A DNA stretch of 62,864 nucleotides, counting the filler, from Guillardia theta CCMP2712 (taxonomy: Eukaryota; Protista; Cryptophyta): the NCBI RefSeq assembly GCF_000315625.1. It is 4 parts of 4 records of this genome, joined end to end, with 100 filler letters (N's around TTAATTAATTAA, not from the genome) between each part and the next. Parts side by side here need not be neighbours in the genome. Positions count along the whole stretch, not along the records: positions 1 to 17,449 come from NW_005434337.1; 3 more parts are not named here. The stretch is one strand, 5' to 3'. Position 1 is the first letter of the stretch, and each line of letters starts with the position of its first letter. Under the pieces are notes generated by a model. It did no database searches, was not told the origin of the DNA, and worked only from the letters and a program-made list of their open reading frames with translations. A program made the translations under genes and the position numbers. This document shows, piece after piece, positions 1-12,200 of the stretch.

Positions 1-40
1 GATAAGTATTTTGTCCCACACTGAAGTGACGGCGGCAAAG

Positions 41-3000
41 CCGTGTGTATCACCGTCACGTTAGTCAGCTCCTCCACCATCTACTCCGTCGCTGCCAACC
101 CGACCATGATCTCCCTGACTGGCCTGACGGGAAGCTTGTCGCCAAGTCAGTACATTCCGCTCTTCCAGAGCAAGTGTCAGTGCGAGGGGTCGAGCACAGC
201 ACAGGAGCTCATGCCTCCGAGGTTTCGAACCTCCACAAGCACGCAGGCTGTTGGTCAGGCAGAGTTCCATGCCGAGGGGACCTTGACGCTGCAGCTCATT
301 CCGGGTCAGTACATTCAAGCGGGAGAGGTCGTGACTTTCTCTTTCAGTTTGAATACTGGTGGGAACTCCCAGACCTCCCGGGACTTGAGAGTTTCATTGT
401 CGGGTCAAAGCTGTTCGACGAACGACTTCTGCACGTCATCCAGCTCTGTATCGGTTACGATCCCTCCTAGGAAGTTTGACTCCTCTTCCAAGATCTTGGA
501 GGTAGTTGGCAACAAGTTGAGAGTGTCCATGTTTCAGAGCTCCAGCGATCCTGGCTCTATTACCAATGTCTTTGTAACCTTGCAACCCAACTTCAACGTT
601 GAGGTTGGGTCGGTGATAAGCTTTCAAGGAGTCTGCGGCACACAAACGAACACTGCTTACGTAGCTCTGATGAGCAACAGGCTAAATGGTGGAACCTCGT
701 TGACTGACAAGTGCACTGGAAACCCCAAGGAAGTCGACCTGGCAGACTACTGGCCCAGTACAAGGCTAGATTGGAGCATAGGAGGGCCTCTAAAATTGAC
801 TCTAGAGCACAGCCTCGGCCTCAATGCTCGAGGGACCTATGCCCTGTCCTGGTCATGGCAAAATGTCAACACGGCAAATTCGGCCTGCTCCTTGACGGTG
901 ACTGTGCACAAGGGAGGAAATGTCGTGAACGCTGAAGTAGTGGAGAACATCGGGAGTACGGTTGGCAACGTGGCTCCTCCTGGCTTCATCAAGTACAAAA
1001 TAGGACAGGCTACCACTCGCCCGGATACGACCAACTATATCTGTGTTACGCTCAGAAGCAACTTTCGAATCTCAACGCAGCCCATCTCACAAGGTCAGAA
1101 CACTCTGGCTCAGATTACAATCTCAGGTCTGCATGGCTCCCAGACAGGCAAATCGCCAATTATCAGCGCATGTCCGACCTTCGACTGGAACTTGTTCCAG
1201 CTGCGTCCTGTGGCTGATCCTCCAACTGCGCATTTCGTGGACAAGGTCGTAGGAGGGACGCTGCATCGGACCACCAGCTGGGCTGCGGGATCAGCTGTGT
1301 TGACTGTCAATCAGGATGATAAGGCTGGCAATGCTTACTTCTCCATCCCCCAGCAGCAGGATGTTGTGTTTGCGCTAGTCTTGAAGAACCCAAAGGGTCC
1401 CAACCCCTGCCAGTCAGTGTCCCTGAGCCTCTCAGCTCATGGACCAGGGAACAATCTGGTTACGCAGACCATTACAATGGTTCAAAACCCTCTTGATAGA
1501 GCCTTGGAGGATGGAGAGGTCGATGGGGATGTCTGTGTTCTCAAGACTTACGACTACAACTTCCCGACGAGAGTCATCGCGCAGTCGTCGCCTGTCGTAC
1601 AGGAGAGCAACGTCATCACCATCACTCTGCGGTCTAACATGAACATGTTGAGTAGCTTCTACGGCTCTCAGATCACCATCTCTGGTCTGCAGGGTACAGA
1701 CACTACGGGCACAAGCTTGTTGGCGACTGCGGTTTCAGACCAATACTTCCCGAACATTCAGAAGACAAGTTGGGATGCCAGTCAAGGCAAGCTAGTAGTC
1801 TATCTCGCCCAAGGGACCTGTCAGCTACCTGTCAAAGGCCAGCCCTCTTACTGTATCTATGCGGGCTGGACCTATGTATGGCGTTACACCTTCAAGAATG
1901 GAGCCGCAGAGCAAGCAAGCCCGGCTGTGTCCATCTCATCTCAGTTTGCTCAAGGGAGGATTACCAACCCACAAGTCATGACTTCGCCGATGAGCTCCGA
2001 CTTTCATGTCCTCTACATGACCAGAAACCTTCTCAACAAGTACAACATCGGACAGTTGAATCCTGCTCCTGGAGCTGTCAATCCTGTTTGCATCACCTTG
2101 AGAGCAAGCAAGACGATCACTGCCCCTACCACCTTCACCCTCACAGGGTTGAACATGTTCTCCTCCAGCACCAACGTTGCCTTGTACGACGAGTACGCGA
2201 CTGCCCCGCTTGCCGGGGGGTTGTTCCAGACGGTCGGAGCAAACCCGCAGAGCAACTACGCGACGTACGATCAATCAACGATCCGGTTCCAGCTGGGTCC
2301 ATCGCAGTCTCTTCAAGAGAGTGTAAAGTACAAGTTTTGCTTCAGGCTCACTAACGCCGTCACGGGTCATGCCACCTGTCCTCAGGTCTCGTTGATCGTC
2401 GATTCGCATTCTGCACCAGCGGCGTTCAAGGGGTCGCAGGCGTATCTGTGCAACAACGAGGCGAGCAGGAGGGTCACAGGCTACCCCTCCGAGCCCTCAG
2501 GGTGCGCTGGTTACGTCTCAGATCGCAAGTTCGTATCGTCAACCCTCCGGTCAGGGTCAAACGTGACTGCAAGTACTGCGTGGCTGACGATGGAGCTACA
2601 GCCCAACTATCCTCTCACCCCTGGCCACACAATCACCGTTGGCTCGTTCCTGAGCATGAAGAACGCGGGGTCGTCGGACGTGCCATGTACGATAGTTCGC
2701 AATGGCCAGGTGGTCAACTCTGTCACCAATCAGCACAGTAACAAGGGAATCTTTGCTGCTGCTACGTTCGAGAGTGTTTGCAAGTTCATCGACAACCAGA
2801 TCAAGATTTCTTACACGGGGGGCCAAGGCTCGTCCTCCAGTCTGGTCTACGACCCATATTACGACGTGACTGCTCGCCGATCGAGGGGTCTGTACAAGGT
2901 GGAGGTGATGGCCGGGGGCTCTCAGTATGGAGCTGCCAGCGTCATCATCTGTGACATCACGCCTGGCGAAGAGTTCTGGACCAAGACGACCTGCACAGAT

Positions 3001-6000
3001 GCTGGAGTAGTGTTTGCTGCTGGCAGCTCAGCCAGGGCACAAGCGACCGTCTTGTCTGGCACTGTTGTCTCCATCAATCTCACGGCGTCGGGATCAGGCT
3101 ACGCTGTCGCTCCCCGCGTGTTCATAGTCGACCCTACAGGGTCAGGCAGGGGTGCTCTAGCAAGAGCCTTTGTATACGACTTGTCCATCTACACGGTGCA
3201 GCTTCAGCTTGTCAATCAGAACACTCCTGCCCCTGCTGGAAGCTTCACGGTCTCGTCTCAGTCGTTTGTACCTGCCGCTTTAGACAGCGGGGATGGAGCT
3301 CTATCCAAGTCAAGCTTGAAGCTTCATGATCACAATAGCTCTCAGGTTGTCTTCACTGTCACTCCCCAACACAACCTCTACGAGGGTGACATGCTCCTCG
3401 TCAACCTGCCGGCATATGACGTCATCACTGGGCCGATCTTTGGAGTTACCTCCTCCCCCAACCCAGCCTTTACGACCTTCTCGACCCAGCTGGAGTGGGA
3501 GCTGAACTACCACGAGAAAGATCGGGCTCGAGCTTACGTCAGCAACGGCTGGGTAGCGGATGGCAACAGGCATCGCTCGGGAGACGGAGACGTGGACGGC
3601 TTGTTCGTGCTGTCGCCAGAGGATGATGGCTACAACAAGAACAAGGACCTGTGCTGGAGCCGAGTCTCCTGCCCTTGGGGCTTCCCGGACAGCGACATCA
3701 CCTTCTCGAACCCATCCAGCACTTTGTCACTAGTCAAGGTACAGAGTACTTCTTCGTCTCTGGGCCACTCGCACGACATCTGTTACAAGAACAGCAGCTT
3801 CAACCTGCCCCATCCGTCAGACTACGTCGGTATGCAGCTCAAGTGCCGCAACAACCAGCACCAGGCGACCGACGGAGGTCAAGTCACCAGCGTGCGAGTG
3901 CGACATGGCGGGCTGACGGCCGTCAGCGGGAGGTACACAGAGACTTCAAGCATCTCCGCTGCAGCACCGACGTTTGTGGCAGCAGCAGCTGGTGCAACCA
4001 GTCAAGCTACCGGGTCGCTGATGTACCAGGTGGTTGGAGTTCAGTACATGTCAGGCAGCTCCTTGACAGATGGTGACGTCATTGTGTTTGACTCGACCTA
4101 CCAAGTGTCGCCTGCCGCTGCCTCTGTCTCGTCCCTCTACAGCACCAGCCCAGCTGTGCATGTCGCGTCTCCCGGCTTGTACTCAGGCTTCCCGTACGCG
4201 ACAGTCACTGGCAAGGACACGCAACTTCAAGTGCTGCTGAGCGTATCGAGCGCCAGCCTGTCCTCTCAAGGCAGCGGATACACTTCCATCCCAACCGTTA
4301 CAACCTCCCTCAAGCCAAGTGTTGCTCTGCCTTCCGAAGTCCAGCAGCTGGAGCTTCCCGTGTTTGACGTGACGGTGACAAACGCTACCGGCACTGTCAT
4401 CACCCAGTCTATCCTCGACTACAACCCAGCTAGACAATGCTTCGTGGTGGCGGAAGAGTTTCCGACTTCCTTCTTGAGCGACTGTCAGGTCGTGCCCAAG
4501 GAGCAGGTCGGTCGGTACACCGGCATGACAGCGATGATCGGGTCCAACGAGTACGTCATCAAGCAGGGAGCAGGTGGCGTCTACTGGGTGGCAGACCTCA
4601 AGGGCAACAAGCCCCGGAGCGTCGACCTGGCCAACAAGCCCTACACCATCTACACGCAGCTGCAGCTGCAGGTGGCGAAGGGCAAGTGGATCCGACAGGG
4701 CGAGAGCGTCAGCATCAGCATCCCCGGCTACCGGTTCAAGTCGGTCCCTAGCAACCCCAACGCGTTCGTCACTCCCTCTACGGATGACGCCTCCAAGACC
4801 ATCCGAGAGAGGACGAGGTTTCAGTTCGCGACGCCCATCAGCGTTGGCAACGTTGGTATGGCAGGAGCGACGACGGCAAGGATGCTGATGTTTGGTGGGG
4901 CCATCTCAAGCAGCGACACCTGTACCATCCCGGGGAGCGACATAGAGGCCCCTCAGACCTCCGACGGGCTGACCGTCAACCAGGCACAGACCATGACTAG
5001 TGTAGGAGCGAGCAAGCCAGTCTTCCTTCCTCCCTCGACGTGGGGCTCCGGATATCTCAAGCCCGCATGGTTCAAAGGTACCTGCGCCTCAAGCAGAGCC
5101 TTGCACGGTATCTTCATGCTTGATGGTCAAAGGACAGGCGTCGAATGGATCGAGGTCGTGACCCCCGGCACTAGTTGCAGCTCCAACGTCAACGTTATCA
5201 TCTCCAGCCCTTCCAAGGATGCAGTAACCGACGCCTTGACAAACGATCCTGTCTGTCCCGACGACTCCAGCCTGTGCACTCAGGCAACGGCTGTTGCGAC
5301 GGTTAGCGGAGGCTCGATCACGGGCATTGCCCTGACAAACGGAGGGAGTGGATATTTCTTGGCGCCTACGGTGAGGCTGGTCAACTCAGACTCCAACACT
5401 CCTTGCGACGCCTTTGCCGTCGCTCATCTGTCTCATAACTTTACAGCTCGACTGCAAGTGTCGCCGAACTCAAACCTGATGATGTATCGGAGCGAAAGAG
5501 ACCAGTACGACTCGCTCACTGGCTTGCACTCTGCTGTATTCTCCCCGGTATCTCTCCACAAGAAGCATGACGCAAGGAAGATAACCGCTGTGCCGGCCCG
5601 ATAGAAATCGAGGCTCCGCCTTCAGGCAGGACCGCAAGGGCTCAGGCAGCAGCAGCTGCAGGCTTGTCGTTCATTCAGGTGATCGATGGAGGCTACGGCT
5701 ACGAGTATCCTCCCGCCGTCAGCTTTGCTTGCGGGCAAGGCGCTGCTCGCGCTATCCTAGGCTTCACTACCGCAGATGTTCACATGGCTGGAACCAGGGT
5801 CAACTCTTCTTACACGGGGCTACAACCTGCCCTGCTCTCAGCTGTCACGTCAGCACCAGCCTTTCAGACTACCGTGGACTCGCCGGTGGTGGTTGGCTTC
5901 AACAGCGTCTGCAGCAACGGGGCTACACTGACCTACTCCCGGGCCGGCAGCGGATGGAACAACTCGCGGGTGACTGGGATCAGCCTACCTGTCGGCATCA

Positions 6001-9000
6001 ACCTCAACGGGTTTGCCTTCGGCTTCACGTCCGTTACCATCAGCCCTTCTCCTGTCAACGCCCACGGGCTGGTCGACCCTGCAGCAGACGCTCTCGCAGT
6101 TCCCACCTGGTCCTTTCCTGCCTCAGGATCAGTGCTTGTCAACGGAGTGGAGGGGGTGGTGCAGTCGCTGCCTGGCACCGGGTCAGGCAAGGGCGTGAAT
6201 TCAATCATTCGGTACGATGGCCCGAGCTCCAAGGTTGAGCTGACAACCTGCGACAAGGCCGTTCTTGTCTTCAACCCTCCACAGCGTCCAGGAGGGAAGA
6301 CCTTGAAAGTTCAACTGCTTCAACCCGCTGGCTCCAGCCTTCCCATCTACGTGATCGTGCAGCAGGGGCAGGGGTACGCCAACATCCCGATAGTCGTTGA
6401 CATTGACTTCGAAGTCGGAGGCTCTACCAAGAGCTACTCCAAGGACTTTGCTGACCTCTCAAGCAGCCAGCAGGCTACCTGCAGGCCCTCCTACTTTGCC
6501 TTCAACACTGCATACCAGGGCTACAACGTCTACTCGGCATTCGTCAGGTCCTCCAGCACTTCAGCACAGCCAACAGGCCTGACGCTAGATGGAGTGCTGA
6601 TGACGCGGGAAGGGTACGGGTACGAGACTGCTCCTCCAGCCACCTTGAGCTGCAGCGGATGCTCAACCAGCCAGTGTGCTGATCAGTACGCGTCCTCCAT
6701 CGCCAATGACGTCTGCACGGCCTCTGCTCTCACCGTTGACGCTACGGTGAGCGGGGGATGCGCGGGAGGCTGTCAACGGCAGGTGAATGTCAACGCTTTC
6801 TTCTCACCCAACAACGGCAACGGAATGCAGATCTGCTCGCCTGCTGCTGGTGCCGGTGACTACCGTACACGCAAGACGCTCCAGATGCGCGTGTCCAACG
6901 GGCAGTCTGCCTTCTCGACCAACAACGTGTACACTGTTAGACGCAGCCAGGGCTTCCAAGGCGCGAAGGGCTCACTGATCTTCAAGATCACCGGCAACGG
7001 CACCTTCTCCCTCTCGTCTCTCTGCGAGGTCCCACGAGTCATCGTGGAGCCTCCACCTAGCGGGGGGGTGCAGGCTCAGGTCAACCTTGACTACCTCGAC
7101 ACCTCTTACGACCCCTACACCAACAGACCGTCCGCAAGCTTGACAGCAGCCAGCAAGGGGTTTGCAGCTGAGAATGCAACGTACAGGTACCTGCTCAAGG
7201 TCGTCAATGCAGGATCAGGGTACCTCAAACCTCCGAGCATCAGCATAGTCTCACCGTCGGGTCTGTTGCCTACCTGCCCTCCTCCCATAGTTGGCGCCTT
7301 CCCGAGGAACGGGCTGGTTGCGTCCAGGGTGGAGCTCATTCGAAACATTTCTCTCCCCGAAGCCAACCAGGGAAGTACTAAGGTCCAGCCGACGTGCAGC
7401 AGCGGATCGTTTGTCGTCAAGTCACTTTGCCCAGGCTCCAAGCAGTGTGCGAGCTCGTACTCCCGAGCAGAGCTGAACCCGCTCCCTTCCTGCTCGACGT
7501 CATCGCAGTGCGCCGGTTGCAGTACCTTCCCATGTTCGTCCCATGCATGCGGGCCTGACAATTGTCCTTCTTACCTCTCGACGGTACTCGACGCTTCTCT
7601 TTCTGACGTGGTGCCAGACGAAGCGCTCGCTGTGATCGGATGGGATGCTCGGGCCCAGCAGCCAGTCCTGCTCAACCAGGGCTTCGGGTTTTCTCCCAGC
7701 TCGCCTAACCCGCTCCGACTTGAGTTTCCCTCCGACTCAGGGCAGGCGTATCCCTGCGCGGAGATTCTTCTCTACCTCTCAGCTGGCTATAGCTCTGAGG
7801 CCCTTCAGCCTGGCCCTCTGCACTGGCCGGGCGACCTGTCCTACAACCAGAACGCTATCCGGAACTATGCTGGGGAGGTGACGGAGGTCGAATACTTGTT
7901 TCGACCTGGCTTCATCAATGCAATCTACGGCTCGTTCAGCAACTTCCCTGTGACTACGCTCATCTCTCTTAGAGATCAGTCAGCCCGCAGACTTTTGCAG
8001 GCCTCCAGCTCAGCTCTGCTGGGGGTTGTGTCAGCAGGAGGGTTCAAGGTCGGAGATTACATCCGACTGGCTGACGAGGTCATGCTAGTCAACGCGGTCA
8101 GCCAGCAGCAGAACACGCTGTCGGTCACCCGAGGAGCATTGAACACCAGCGTTGCTTCCTCCTTCGCTCTAGGAACCGTAGTCCGCACTTTCAACCCCGG
8201 CTCGGTGCTGCTGCAAGACGTCGCAAGCGACGCGACGACCATTCAAGTATCGGAAGCATCAGGGTTCAACTCGGACAGATACATCCAGGTAGAGCATGAG
8301 GTCATGTACATCACCAGCGTCGACGCCTCGTCCATGACCGTCCTGCGGGCTCAGGAAGGGACGCGTGCGAGCAGCCATGCCGCCTTCAAGCCGGTGGGCT
8401 ACATCCGTCCTTTCCAGCAGTATCCTATCGTTCTGCTGGAGGCCGTCAGCGCCAGTCAGACGACTTTGTCCGTGTCTGACGGGAGTTTCTTCTACCCTGG
8501 CGCCTCCATCCAGGTGCTGAGCGAGACCATGGCGGTCACAGCTGTCTCAGGCGACACCCTGACTGTCCAGCGAGGTCAAGAGTCGACCTCACCTGCGGCG
8601 TATCCCAAGCAGGTGCTGGTGACGGTTGTGCAAGGCTCGGCAAGCGTTGTATCGGCTACAAGCAGCACGATACCTTCTATCAAAAGATCCTTGATGAACA
8701 TTTTGAGTTTAACTCCATCCACTGATACCATTCTTCATGTGATGGACCCAGTGAAGAACACGTTATCGTCCGGCTTTCAACCTGGAGACTATGTGCTGGG
8801 ATTAAGCGGCTTCTCTTTTGTACCCACACAGATGGAAGTGATGTTGGTCTTGAGTACTGAGACAGCTACAATATCAGATTATCTTTATCAGAATCTGACT
8901 GTTGCAAGGGGGAAGATTTGGACCTCTCCACTGTGGCTCAGTGAAGGAAACCCATTGATTTACTTATCAAGTCCGCGCATTCTCGCAAGGTCGATGACGG

Positions 9001-11471
9001 CGACAGATACCAACCCTGTCTTCTTAAGCTCTACAGATCTGCAAGCTGGAGACCTGCTGTGGGCAAACAAAGCTATAGAAAGTGAAGGTTATATTGATGT
9101 GATGGAGTATCAGTCTGATGGGAGTGTACTTCGAGGATTGATGCCAGACTTTGCGGGCAGGTCGCAAGTATCATTTGTAACAGGAGTAGCTCTTGTCCAG
9201 ACCATTTCGCAGCCTGCTTACTTGAGTCCTCCTTACTGCACTTCTAAGAGTGGGTCAAATTTGACCATGACGAGTGTCTCTAGCTTCGCTGTCGGCGACA
9301 TAGTGTCGGATGGCATTGCGGTTTACAACGTGACAGCTATCAGCGCAGGGTCAAGTCACATGACCGTTGAAAGCCTTTATGTCTCAGGTGCTACTCCATC
9401 ATGCTCGAACGAACTTCGTAAACCTCCTTCTTACGTAGTTAAGACAGAGGGCCTGAGAGTGTTGAACTCTTCTTTGAGCGTCACGCAAGCAATATTGGAC
9501 CAAGATCCTTTGGTTGTCATCACTATTCACCTGCAGACCGTGGTCTCTGATTTCTATGCACCTGGAGACTTTGTTTGGATTACTGACACGAGCACGACTG
9601 CTTATGGGTTGTTTCAAGTAGAACAAGTCGAAACCTACTCCCTGAATGTCAAAGTCTACACTATATATCTTAGAAGTAATCCATATCCCGTCTCATATCA
9701 ATTTCAGAACGACACCGCAGTTCTCTACAAGTACGAACGCTTCGATGTGATCAACGGTACTGCTCTCTCCCCAGGAGACATCGTGCTCTTCTCGTGGTTA
9801 GGTCGTGGCGGGACAGGTCAAATCATTTCAGCCACCGAAAATGAAATTCGCATGAAATTTACTGCAGGGACGTACAATAGAGGTCAATCTTTTTTCCAAG
9901 ATGTATATCAGACTTTCCAGCTCCTCCCGGTTTCAAAGACGAGCTACGCCAGGACAAAGCTTGCTCTTGCTATCAACTCCGAGGTCAACACTATGACTCT
10001 CTTTGACGCGTCCGGGTTTAGAGTGGGGGATAGCTTCACCGTCGACCAAGAGGTCATGACCATAGACAACCTCAACGGCAACCTCCTCCAGGTCAAGCGC
10101 GCTCAGCAAGGCACCTCCGCTGCTTCTCATGCGCTGGACGCGCTTGTGGAATGGACGGCACCGCTATCCGCTGCCTCTCCTCAAGTCTCGTCCGTGACCC
10201 CTTTGCTCCGACGTGACCAGCACTTGCGATACATCTCTCAGGTCGGCCCCATCACCCTTCCCAGCTCGATCCAGCAGCTCTCGAGCTATAAGAATGTCTG
10301 GGCAGAGCTCGACGAGGAGATCATCTTGATCCGACAGCCCGCCTCAGGCATCGTCAAGGCGTCTGATCGGGGGCTGAAAGGAACAGCAGCGGCGGCGCAC
10401 GTGAGCAACACGACCTACAACATCCCCAACGCCTTCTTCTCCTGGCTCTTCTCCTTCAAGTCAAGCCTGCCGGGTGCTTCAGGCTTCTCAGCTATGCCCG
10501 TATACGACATGAACGCTGCTGGGGTCATCACCTTGTCAGGGGTTCACGTGCTGTCGGGAGGTAGCAGGGTGACGAGCGAGCCGACTCTAGAGCTCACTCT
10601 CAACCGCTTCATTGAGAACGAGGCCCGAGGACAGTCAGTCGCAGGCCCTTCGTACTCATACCGCACCTTGATCCAGCAGACCTTCCTGCAGGTTGACCTG
10701 TCCGACAAGTTCACTGGGAGGCTCATAAGGCCGAGCCTCAACTACCCAGTTGCCTACCAACCTTGGAGGTTCCCAGCTGATCCTCTTTACTTCCAGGACA
10801 GGATGGACGGCTTTGATCCTGCCTCCGACAGCTCCATCCTGTCTCCTTCCCACAACAGCTCCAACGCCATCAACGGGAGCTCAGCTGACCCCTTCGAGCC
10901 AGGCTCACCTGTCTTCGTGCTGGACTCCTTCGGTCACATGCTGGGGGATCAGGCGGTCCATCAGCAGAGCATCGTGGTATCGGATGGCGCTACTTACACC
11001 TACTCCATCAGCAGCAGGCCGTCCGTCCTCGACTCGGTCTGGAGCAGCCCACCCTTGCTGATAGTCTCAACCTCCTCGCCTACATCCGTAGACCTGTTCC
11101 TCAATGACACGGTCGCTGGCGGGTACTCCAACGGACAGCACACTGCTTTGCTGTCCTCTAGCACGAGAATGTTTGTCTGGAAGACGGATCCTCGCAAGCT
11201 CGCGGTGCTTGCAGGACCAGCAAGCGCAGCAGCCTCTTCGGCGAGCTTCACATCCTCAACACCAGCACCTGGCGTCAACGTCGGCGCCATCGTCGGCGGC
11301 GTGATCGGTGGCATCGTCGGAGCTGCTGGGCTCGGCATGCTGGCTTACAAGCTTTTCGCTCATAAGAAAGTCGCCAAGTCAGCGGATGTAGAGATGGCGC
11401 CGGTGTACGAATCTCAGGCGATCGCCTATCTCGTGCAGTACACTACACCACCTATAGAGAGCAGAACTTGA
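41..11471 (+). CDS. Giant (>3,700 aa, 5'-partial) type-I membrane cell-surface protein with three repeat families; two large exons joined by a short intron (~5548-5612)
   Basis: ORFs 43-5604 and 5664-11471 join in frame using the GT at 5548 and the AG at 5612 (VFSP|APPSGRTARA). The C-terminus has a TM helix (GAIVGGVIGGIVGAAGLGMLAY) then a basic stop-transfer (HKK) and a short tail. Repeats: IxQSSxxPxxxNxIxVTLxxN, GxGYxxxPxVx and GFxxGDxIxxxxEVMxVxxV...LTVxRxxxGT. An in-frame TGA at 22-24 implies further exons upstream of the window. Confidence 0.8.
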
Positions 11472-12200
11472 CTGGCGGGAGTCAAGAAGAGGTGATATGT
11501 TGTCATGATCCGGCAAGCTGTAGCTCCTGTAGTTTGCCTCTTTGACCTCGCCATGAGCGAGGAAGCTTTGAGTTGTTGAAATGAATTTATGATGTGTGAA
11601 CACACGATGAGAAGCAAGAAGGAGTGAAAAGGGAGGAAAAGGGAGGAGAGGAGAGGTGTTGTACACCGGACCAAAGACTCATACCGCACACCGTGCCCGG
11701 CACGTTTAGGGAAATAGGTTTCATGTCGTAGACGACAGATGTAGTCTGTCGTGCCCGTTGTGTTCTAGTAACCGCAGCAGTGATTGCTGTGGTGCTCTCT
11801 CTTCTTCCCAAGGTTGTGTGTTCATCATGAGGAGAAGGACACGGCAGGGCAGGCAGGACAGGGTGAGGGAAGAGACGGAGGGGAGGAAGAGGATGCAAAG
11901 GTCAGAGGCGAATACAGCAGCGCAGGGTCAGGAAAAGAGACAAGCAAAAAAGGATGTAACACAGGTGTGTGAGAAAGGATAGGAGAAAACAGTTCCAGGC
12001 AATGCAGTGGATATACTATCTTGCTCATCAGTTGGAACGTCTAATGTTGACCCTTCAGCTCACCCAGCCTGACTGAGAAAGCTTCAGCCCCCTGCTCGAC
12101 GCTCGTCTCACCGCCAGCTCTTGCCCCTAGCAGCACGAACACGCTCTTCCCCTTCCCCGCCATCCCCGCCTCCCCTCCAGCTGCACCACGACCCTCCCCA

